Source: Bacteroidales bacterium
Lineage (GTDB): Bacteria; Bacteroidota; Bacteroidia; Bacteroidales; UBA10428
Reading direction: 5' to 3'
DNA: 64,000 bases
NCBI GenBank assembly: GCA_041737175.1
Contig: JBGSSF010000033.1
Span: 8,849-72,848 of the forward strand
Shown here in pieces: positions 16,949 through 24,318 of this stretch (positions within the stretch are counted from its first letter, which is position 1; each line of letters opens with the position of its first letter). The position numbers were made by a program, and so were the translations under genes. The notes below the pieces were generated by a model, which was not told the DNA's origin, ran no database searches, and saw nothing but the letters and a program-made list of their open reading frames with translations.

Positions 16949-19900
16949 TTAAAAAACAATGTTTGCACCAAAGGTTACCGATCTGGTCCTGAACCAGGTA
17001 TTCCTTCTGTCGACACCCGGTAAGAGCGGATTCTCAAAGGTCCCTAAATCCCTGTCACCATCTACATATCTCGGGTTTGGATCTACCCCTTTGTACTTGG
17101 TAATATAGAATAAATTGTTACCGGCAAGGTAAAGCCGGATCCTGTTTACCTTCCAGCTTGATGGTACCTTAAAAGTGTAACCTAAGCTGGCATTATCCAG
17201 AGAAACAAAGGATGCGTTTTCAATATGATAATCGGATAACAGATTTGTGGTATTCTTCATTAAGATACCGGTTTCACTGTTTCTCAGGTCCTTGGCGGTG
17301 GTAGGAAGATTATAGGCCGAAATCAAGGCCGGCACTTCATAAAAACCGCGGAAAGAATTGAGGAGGTCATGCCCGAATATTCCACGGAAGAATACATTAA
17401 GGTCCCAATTCTTATAGGTAACGGTGTTGCCAAATCCCATGATGAATTTCGGTAAGCCGTTTCCGATAATAACCCGGTCGGCCTGGTCAACACCTGCACT
17501 TGTGCCGGGTTGATCCACCATAACCAGATCACCGTCAGCATCAACTTCTTTGAATTCCAGTCCCAATAACTGACCGATGGGTTCACCTTCTTCAACCCTA
17601 ACAAGAGGAGTCTGATTCTGACCTGGAGATCCCATATCGCCCAGGTCTTTTACCCCGTATTTCAACTCGGCGCCATTGAATTCTCCTGAAAGAGAAACCA
17701 GCGTATTTTCAAGGGTGTAGGAAGGAGTAAGGCTAAAGGTATAGGAAAGATCGGATTTTTTAACAACATTATAATTAAGTGTCAGTTCCAACCCGCTGCT
17801 CTTTATTTCTCCGATGTTCACCCATGCCGTATTGAAAAGGTTCGGAGGTTTGGGTACTTCAAAATTGAAAATAAGGTCGGTTGTGGTTCTGGTGTAAAAG
17901 TCAAACGATCCATACAACCTGGATTGAAACATCGAAAAGTCAAAACCGGCATCGAATTCACCTTTTCTTTCCCACTTCAGATCGGGATTGGCGTTGCTGG
18001 TGAAACCGTAACTCGGGAGGAATACACCATTGTAGAAGAAGTTATTGCTTTGGGCGCCCAGGCGCAGCAATGACAAATAGCTATCCCTGGGTTCGGCACC
18101 TGTTACACCGTAATTTACCCTTACTTTTAGGTTGTCAATAGCGCTGACATTCAAGAATTTGGCTAGTTCAACACCACCACCAATAGACGGGAACAGACCC
18201 CATTTGTTGTTGGCCCCGAATTTGGAAGAGCCTTCATAACGGGCGCTGGCGCTTAAAAAGTAAGTTTCATCATAATTCAGGTTAATACGTCCGAAGAATG
18301 CGATCAGCTTGTTCGAATTTTTATAACTGGTTATAGTACCCAGGCCATTTTTAAAATCGAGAGCAGCCTCGAGATCATTATAAGTGAATTTGTCATTGAT
18401 AAAATCACCACCCTCGGCCCTGAAACCTTCATTTGTAAAATCCTGGTAGGAATACCCGGCCAAAGCAGTTACATTTAAAGCGGAAGCAACAGTGCCGGTC
18501 CAGCGGCCCGTCATTTCAAAAAGCTGATTGTTGGAATTGTTCTCGGATCTGGAAGCAAGACCATTCCTGCCGTAACCCGATAAATAATCGAATTTGCTGT
18601 TGTACACTCCATTTAGGCCCGAGTAACTCTGCCTGGAATAAAAAGCGTCAACAACAAAACCGTTGAAAATTTCATAGGCGCCCTTCAGGGACAGGTTCAA
18701 CAGGCTGTTTTTCCCTTCGTTGGTATTCTGTTTAAGAATGGCAACAGGATTGTAGTAATCGAATTGCTCCTGCTGATAATACCCGGCATACTTGCTGTAT
18801 AACGGATTAGCTTCGTCAAAAAATACAGGCGCTGTTGGGTTGTAAATTGAGGCATATCGGAACGACTGGTCAAATCCGTATTCGGCTTTCCTTTCTGTAG
18901 CCCCTACGTTAACATCAATGGTTAGTTTGTCATTGAATGCCTTTTGGGTAAAATTGATCCTGCCGCTGAACTGGGTATTTCCTGTGGTAATCATAATACC
19001 ATCGGCATTGCGGTAGTTGATGGATGCCCGGTAATTGGACTTCTCCGATCCACCCGACAGAGAAATATTGTGCACCTGGGATATGGCCGTTTGTTCAATT
19101 TCCTCGAACCAATCGGTGTCAGATCCGAAGTCATTTGCAATGGGTGCCCCCAATTGTTCAGATACTTCCTGGCGCAAAGATCTCCATTCTGAAGCATTCA
19201 TTACATCTGTATTCTTGGCAACAAACTCGGCGGTGACATATCCGTTGTATTCGATCTGGGTTGTACCTGCCCTGCCTTTCTTGGTGGTAACAAGGATTAC
19301 ACCACTGGAGCCTCTTGTTCCGTAAATGGCAGCGCCGGAACCATCCTTTAAAACGCTGATGTTCTCAATATCGTTCGGATCTACATTGTCGAGATTACCT
19401 CCAACAACACCATCAATTACAACCAGCGGTCCAAGATTGGCACCAATGGTGCTCAACCCTCTTAAGCGGATGTCATAAGATCCGTTCGGGTTACCTCCGG
19501 GCCTGCTGATAGCCAACCCGGATACCTTACCCTGGATCAGCTGAACAGGACTATTCACATTACCTTTGTTAAAATCACTCGATTTAACGCTGGCAACAGA
19601 ACTGGTGGTCTCATTTTTTCTCTGGGTTCCATACCCGATGACAACAATTTCACCCAATGCCGTTGAAGAGGATGCGAGCACCACGTCGATCGTTGACTGG
19701 TCGCCAACAGTAACCGACTGACTGGTATAACTCACATAAGAAAAAACAAGAACAGTTTGAGGTCCGGGCACTGTAAGGCTGTAATTACCGTCAGCATCGG
19801 TCACTGTACCCTGCAGTGTTCCCTGGACAACGACGTTGACTCCGGGGAGAGGTCCTTCCTCTTCAGAAGTGACCTTACCTTTAACGGTTCTTTCCTGAGC

Positions 19901-19987
19901 GCTGGCTATGCCGACGGCAAAGCCGAATAAGAGAAGAGTAAGCAAACTCCCCCTTAAAAAGAATGCAGAATTCCGCATGGTTCCCAT
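16949..19987 (-). CDS. SusC/RagA-family TonB-dependent outer-membrane transporter
   Basis: Signal peptide, CarboxypepD_reg-like domain (KGKVTSEEEGPLPGVNVVVQGTLQGTVTDADGNYSL), plug region (VVIGYGTQRK, ISVLKDGSGAAIYGTRGSSGVILVTTKKG), and a long beta-barrel ending ...VTFGANIVF. Confidence 0.92.
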   Translation of the reverse strand: MGTMRNSAFFLRGSLLTLLLFGFAVGIASAQERTVKGKVTSEEEGPLPGVNVVVQGTLQGTVTDADGNYSLTVPGPQTVLVFSYVSYTSQSVTVGDQSTIDVVLASSSTALGEIVVIGYGTQRKNETTSSVASVKSSDFNKGNVNSPVQLIQGKVSGLAISRPGGNPNGSYDIRLRGLSTIGANLGPLVVIDGVVGGNLDNVDPNDIENISVLKDGSGAAIYGTRGSSGVILVTTKKGRAGTTQIEYNGYVTAEFVAKNTDVMNASEWRSLRQEVSEQLGAPIANDFGSDTDWFEEIEQTAISQVHNISLSGGSEKSNYRASINYRNADGIMITTGNTQFSGRINFTQKAFNDKLTIDVNVGATERKAEYGFDQSFRYASIYNPTAPVFFDEANPLYSKYAGYYQQEQFDYYNPVAILKQNTNEGKNSLLNLSLKGAYEIFNGFVVDAFYSRQSYSGLNGVYNSKFDYLSGYGRNGLASRSENNSNNQLFEMTGRWTGTVASALNVTALAGYSYQDFTNEGFRAEGGDFINDKFTYNDLEAALDFKNGLGTITSYKNSNKLIAFFGRINLNYDETYFLSASARYEGSSKFGANNKWGLFPSIGGGVELAKFLNVSAIDNLKVRVNYGVTGAEPRDSYLSLLRLGAQSNNFFYNGVFLPSYGFTSNANPDLKWERKGEFDAGFDFSMFQSRLYGSFDFYTRTTTDLIFNFEVPKPPNLFNTAWVNIGEIKSSGLELTLNYNVVKKSDLSYTFSLTPSYTLENTLVSLSGEFNGAELKYGVKDLGDMGSPGQNQTPLVRVEEGEPIGQLLGLEFKEVDADGDLVMVDQPGTSAGVDQADRVIIGNGLPKFIMGFGNTVTYKNWDLNVFFRGIFGHDLLNSFRGFYEVPALISAYNLPTTAKDLRNSETGILMKNTTNLLSDYHIENASFVSLDNASLGYTFKVPSSWKVNRIRLYLAGNNLFYITKYKGVDPNPRYVDGDRDLGTFENPLLPGVDRRNTWFRTRSVTFGANIVF

Positions 19988-20146
19988 AATGTAGTACTTT
20001 TTAGTTAAGTTAATTAGTATATTAGGTTGATAATGAACGCAAAGTAGTGGGGTTTTTACAATCTTAAAATTTTGTTAAATTATGTTAAAAATAGTGTTAA
20101 TAATGTTATAATCCAAAAATACACGGTCAAAACACGGAAAATCCAC

Positions 20147-20182
20147 GCAAACGATTCCGCAAACGTTTGCGGAATCGTTTGC
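20147..20182. promoter_or_regulatory. 36-bp perfect palindrome, candidate LacI-family operator in the susC/lacI divergent region
   Basis: GCAAACGATTCCGCAAAC|GTTTGCGGAATCGTTTGC is an exact reverse complement. The central GCAAACGTTTGC has the CG-centred AAnCGnTT core typical of LacI/GalR operators. It lies 58 nt upstream of the lacI-type ATG and 160 nt upstream of the susC ATG. Confidence 0.6.
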
Positions 20183-20239
20183 TTTCTAAATTTTTATTAT
20201 CATTACAAGACAAATCACTGAGAACAATTACTTTCTCTC

Positions 20240-21280
20240 ATGAAAATCCACAGGATAACCATCAAGGATATAGCCAGGGAACTGAAGGTTTCCATTTCAA
20301 CTGTCTCCCGGGCATTGACCGATCATCCGGATATAAGTGCGGGCACGAAGCAGTTAGTCAGGGATTTTGTGGAAAAAATGAGGTACAAGCCCAATGCCAT
20401 TGCTCTCAGTCTTCGGAACCAGCGTACCAAAATAATTGGTGTGATTGTACCCGAGATCGTTCATCATTTTTTCTCAGAGGTTATATCGGGTATTGATGAC
20501 GCTGCAGTCAGGGCTGGGTATAATGTCATGTTTTTCCAATCGAATGAGCGTTACGACCGGGAGATCATGAATATCCAGTCCATTTTGGCCAGCAGGGCGG
20601 ATGGTTTGTTGATTTCCTATGCGAAGGATACCCGGAATTTCAACCACATCAGGCAGCTTCTTGAGGATAATATTCCTGTGGTATTTTTCGACCGCGCTAC
20701 GGATGAAATTGCAACCGATAAAGTCATCGTTGATGATTTTGAGGGTGCTTTTAATGCAGTGGAGTACCTGATTAAAACCGGTTGCCGGCGAATCGCACAT
20801 TATGCCGGCCCACAGCACTTACAGATTCATTATCTGCGTAAAAGAGGGTATATTTCTGCACTGGAAAAAAGTGGACTTTCCCCGGATGATAACCTGATCC
20901 TGCCCTGTGATTCCTATGAGTCTGCCCTGGAGGTTACAAGAATTCTGATGGCGAGTCCCAATCCACCTGACGCTATTTTTGCCGTGAACGACATGACAGC
21001 AGTAGGCACCCTTAATGCTCTCAAGGCTATGGGATTCAGAATTCCCGAGGATGTTTCAATTGTGGGTTTCACGAACGGTTTGGTTTCTACTGTCACTGAT
21101 CCGCTCATCACGACTGTTAGTCAGCATGGTTTCGAGATCGGCAGAAAAGCAACTGAAATTCTCATCCAGCGAATCCACGAAGAGGGAAAATCCATCAACC
21201 CTATTACAGAAGTAATTAAAACAGAGCTTATTATCAGGAATTCGACCCGAAAGTTACAGGAACCGACAATGCATTCGTGA
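20240..21280 (+). CDS. LacI-family transcriptional regulator
   Basis: N-terminal HTH (ITIKDIARELKVSISTVSRALTDHPDIS) followed by a periplasmic-binding-protein-like sugar-binding core (GLLISY, VVFFDR, DAIFAVNDMTAVG). Confidence 0.9.
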   Translation: MKIHRITIKDIARELKVSISTVSRALTDHPDISAGTKQLVRDFVEKMRYKPNAIALSLRNQRTKIIGVIVPEIVHHFFSEVISGIDDAAVRAGYNVMFFQSNERYDREIMNIQSILASRADGLLISYAKDTRNFNHIRQLLEDNIPVVFFDRATDEIATDKVIVDDFEGAFNAVEYLIKTGCRRIAHYAGPQHLQIHYLRKRGYISALEKSGLSPDDNLILPCDSYESALEVTRILMASPNPPDAIFAVNDMTAVGTLNALKAMGFRIPEDVSIVGFTNGLVSTVTDPLITTVSQHGFEIGRKATEILIQRIHEEGKSINPITEVIKTELIIRNSTRKLQEPTMHS

Positions 21281-21306
21281 ATTCCGAAGGATCCACTCTG
21301 AACTAT

Positions 21307-24117
21307 TTACTCCTCTTCCGCCTCCCGGATAAGAAATTCCGTGAGATTAACTTTGTGATCAAGACGCATTTTACGGCGTAGGCGGTAACGGCCAATTTCC
21401 ACCGCCCGTCCCGAAATGTTGAGGAGCTGGGCTATTTCCTTGGTGGTGAAATTCATCCGCAGGTAAGATGATAAACGAAGATCGTTGGGTGTGAGGTCGG
21501 GGAATTTTTCCTTGAGTTTCCGGAAGAAACCTTCCTGGGAAAGCTTGAGATTGTTCATGGTATTCTTCCATTCCTCGGTCTGTGAATCCAGGCCTTCATT
21601 AATGATCCGCTCCATTTCCCTGACAAACTTGACCGGATATTTGGAGGAATCTGTTTTCATCGAGTTGATTTGCGTCTGAAGCTCTTTCAGGATTTCTGTT
21701 TTTCGGATCAGGTAACGCATGGTCAGCATCAATTCATAACTCTTATAATCAAGCTCACTCTCCAGCTTATTTTTACGGACCTCATATTCAATGAGCTGAC
21801 GATGGCGGTTGAGTTCAATTGCAAAGATCCTGCGACTAAGCAGGATTAATCCGGCCAACGCCAGGATGTAAAACACAAGCGCTACGATGCTCAGATACCA
21901 GGGCCTTTTAATTGTAAATACCGTTTCAGCGATTTCCTCACCGGTGGCAGAACGTACCTGTAAAAGATAAGTTCCGAATTTCAGTTTCAGAAAGGTGAAA
22001 TTATCCAGAATGGTTCGATGCCAGGTTTCATCGAGATCAGGGATCCTGTAAAGGAATTCCTTATCATCCAGATCAAAATGCGAAGGATCAGCCAGATATA
22101 CTGTGAGGTTATTCTGATCATTCGGAACAACGCTTTTTTTTGAAGTTTGAGGCAGAATCACCTTTGTTTTTGATTTCCCGCTGAATACCAGGCGGACCAT
22201 GACAGGAGCTTTTGTTACTTCTTTTCCATAACGGCGGGCCAGACTGAAAGTAGTAAATGCCTGTCGGGTGGGTATCATCATGGAATTCCCGTCAAGTCTT
22301 ACAATCTGTTGTTCACGGTTGGGAAGATCTGCGTACTTTTGGATTAACTCAGTTATTTTACTTGCTTCAAAAGATTTTGAAATATCAAAAAGGGCGATCT
22401 TGTTTTCAAGCATGAACCAGTAGCTGTTTTTATCATGATGACTGATCTGGGTAGCCTTTATGTATTCGCCCAGGCCGGCCTGTAGTGAGGCCAATGGATA
22501 AAAGGACAGGCTTTCATTGTCAAAGGAATAAATGTTGGATCCTGTCATGAACACAACCTGGTTATTGAGCATGGAAATGCTGTTTTTGGCAGAACTGTCA
22601 GCAATGGCATTGAAATGAAGCGTGTTCAGCACAGAATCTGCTCCTTCGTTAAGCTCAAGCCTGTAGATTCCTTTTTGCGGATGGATGGCCCATACATATC
22701 CCAGGTAATCCACTTCGACATACCGGGTAGGTTCATAAAATCCTTCAACCCTGTCCCGGAAACTCCAATCACCGGCATTGTCTTTCCTGAAGCTGACAAT
22801 GCCTGTATATGTCCCCTCGAGAAGCAGGTCATTGTATCCCGCAAAGCACCACCCACCGGTTACTTCTGAGATTTTCCGGATGGTCTGTTGTTTCACCAGG
22901 AAGGTGCCATCGTTGTGTCCGCAAAGGATCTGATCTCCGAATTCAAAGAGTTTCCATACCTGGCCCTGGGTATTCGGAATCATTCTCAGGTTGGAAAAAA
23001 TGTAATCACTGTTGTCCTCCCTGATATCGGCAACAAAGAGTCCATGATTCGTACCGAGGTACAGCAGGTCATTTTTCCGGACAATGGTATAAACAGTGCC
23101 GAGGATCCCGTCCCTGTCCGTAAATAGCTTGAAAGGAGAGGTTGTGTTGATGTAATTTGCTCCTTCATCGAGACCTATCCATAATCCCTGGTTGTCATCC
23201 CTGTAAAGCGAAAGGACCGTGTTGTTATTTAACCCGCCGGCAGAGTTAAACAGCTTCGTAATTTTTCCCCGATCATCACAAAAGACAATTCCATTGAGGA
23301 TCGTTCCGAAGACAAAAAGGGAATCATGTATGGCCAGACCTGCGTTGCAGGTCTGCAGTTTTAAGAAGCGGGAAACCGGGGTTTCAAGCAAGGAAAATGA
23401 TTGGCCGTCATACTGATAGATACCGTCGTTCGCTGTGCATATCCAAAATGTGCCATCCTTTTTTTCAATAATCGCATGTACTTTCAGGGTACCGAAAACC
23501 TGACTGCCTTCCAAAAGATCGAACCGCTTGCCGTCAAACCAAAACAAACCCCTGCCAAGAGCCTGAACTACAAATCCTTGACTAACCCTGAACATGAATA
23601 GCATTACTGCAGGTCCGCGGATGCTTTTAACCCGGTTTCCGGCATAGGCATATATCGTGGTAAACGATTGAAAATAAATGGTTCCTTCTTTTTCCAGGAT
23701 ATTCCAGATCTCATCGTTCTTCTCAACACGGATTTCCCGGGTGAGTGAGTGGTAGGCTAGTCCGCCCCGTCCGTCATTTTCCCAAAAACCGAAATCTTCG
23801 AATGATCCGCTGTAGATGATACCGGAAGAATCGGCATATACCGACCGGACTCCCTGCCTGAAAGGCAAGGCGAATACCCTTGAACTGATGCCATTGAACT
23901 CAACCAATCCTGCCGAGTTGGCAAAATACACGAAACCAGTCACCGGACTCCGGCTGATTTCCCAGTTCTGGTTTTCAAGCGGCAGATGATTCGAAATTTT
24001 TGTCTGGAGGATGTCATTCTGAAAAAGATCCTGTGCGTGAATGCCAACCCCGGTGATCAGTTGAAGTGATGCGAACAAACTTAACCATCTGTTTAGAAAA
24101 ACTTTACAGCCGGGCAT
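21307..24117 (-). CDS. Membrane-tethered one-component regulator: periplasmic beta-propeller/Y_Y_Y-type sensor, one TM helix, C-terminal LuxR-type HTH
   Basis: Signal peptide, then ~700 aa of repetitive propeller-like sequence (GLWIGLDEG, LYLGTNHGLF). A single TM (WYLSIVALVFYILALAGLILL) is followed by a coiled-coil-like linker and a GerE/LuxR HTH (LTPNDLRLSSYLRMNFTTKEIAQLLNISGRAVEIGRYRLRRKM). No histidine-kinase or receiver motifs are present. Confidence 0.8.
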   Translation of the reverse strand: MPGCKVFLNRWLSLFASLQLITGVGIHAQDLFQNDILQTKISNHLPLENQNWEISRSPVTGFVYFANSAGLVEFNGISSRVFALPFRQGVRSVYADSSGIIYSGSFEDFGFWENDGRGGLAYHSLTREIRVEKNDEIWNILEKEGTIYFQSFTTIYAYAGNRVKSIRGPAVMLFMFRVSQGFVVQALGRGLFWFDGKRFDLLEGSQVFGTLKVHAIIEKKDGTFWICTANDGIYQYDGQSFSLLETPVSRFLKLQTCNAGLAIHDSLFVFGTILNGIVFCDDRGKITKLFNSAGGLNNNTVLSLYRDDNQGLWIGLDEGANYINTTSPFKLFTDRDGILGTVYTIVRKNDLLYLGTNHGLFVADIREDNSDYIFSNLRMIPNTQGQVWKLFEFGDQILCGHNDGTFLVKQQTIRKISEVTGGWCFAGYNDLLLEGTYTGIVSFRKDNAGDWSFRDRVEGFYEPTRYVEVDYLGYVWAIHPQKGIYRLELNEGADSVLNTLHFNAIADSSAKNSISMLNNQVVFMTGSNIYSFDNESLSFYPLASLQAGLGEYIKATQISHHDKNSYWFMLENKIALFDISKSFEASKITELIQKYADLPNREQQIVRLDGNSMMIPTRQAFTTFSLARRYGKEVTKAPVMVRLVFSGKSKTKVILPQTSKKSVVPNDQNNLTVYLADPSHFDLDDKEFLYRIPDLDETWHRTILDNFTFLKLKFGTYLLQVRSATGEEIAETVFTIKRPWYLSIVALVFYILALAGLILLSRRIFAIELNRHRQLIEYEVRKNKLESELDYKSYELMLTMRYLIRKTEILKELQTQINSMKTDSSKYPVKFVREMERIINEGLDSQTEEWKNTMNNLKLSQEGFFRKLKEKFPDLTPNDLRLSSYLRMNFTTKEIAQLLNISGRAVEIGRYRLRRKMRLDHKVNLTEFLIREAEEE

Positions 24118-24166
24118 GCCATCATTTTTTTGTCATCCGGGTAAAAGTACAAAAAAATGAGTATGA

Positions 24167-24306
24167 GATTTAAGATCTAAGATTCAAGATTTAAGATCTA
24201 AGATTCAAGATTTAAGATCTAAGATTCAAGATTCAAGATCTAAGATTCAAGATTTAAGATCTAAGATTCAAGATCTAAGATTCAAGATTCAAGATCCGTG
24301 ATCCGT
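24167..24306. repeat. Heptamer tandem array, 18 x GATYYAA plus 2 x GATCCGT
   Basis: I counted the units directly: GATTTAA/GATCTAA/GATTCAA in the order T C A T C A T C A A C A T C A C A A, then GATCCGT twice. There is a partial 21-bp higher-order period. The array lies 12 nt after the stop of the 24319-25677 gene and 49 nt before the ATG at 24117. Confidence 0.95.
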
Positions 24307-24318
24307 GAAACAGGCAGG

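Noticed and set aside
19988-20072. Search for a Bacteroidota -7 TAnnTTTG promoter for susC on the minus strand (for example ACTACTTTG near 20047).
   Set aside because: The best candidates are one nucleotide short of the consensus spacing or carry a mismatch in TTTG. I could not support a specific promoter call.
20167-20496. 109-aa ORF overlapping the 5' end of the LacI gene in another frame.
   Set aside because: The LacI frame carries a canonical HTH from its first residues. The alternative frame starts inside the operator palindrome and has no homology signal.
24167-24306. Possibility that the tandem arrays (also 46401-46477 and 59852-60023) are CRISPR arrays.
   Set aside because: The units are 7-9 nt and directly abutting, with no unique spacers, and there are no cas genes in the window. 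These are micro/minisatellite-type arrays, not CRISPRs.
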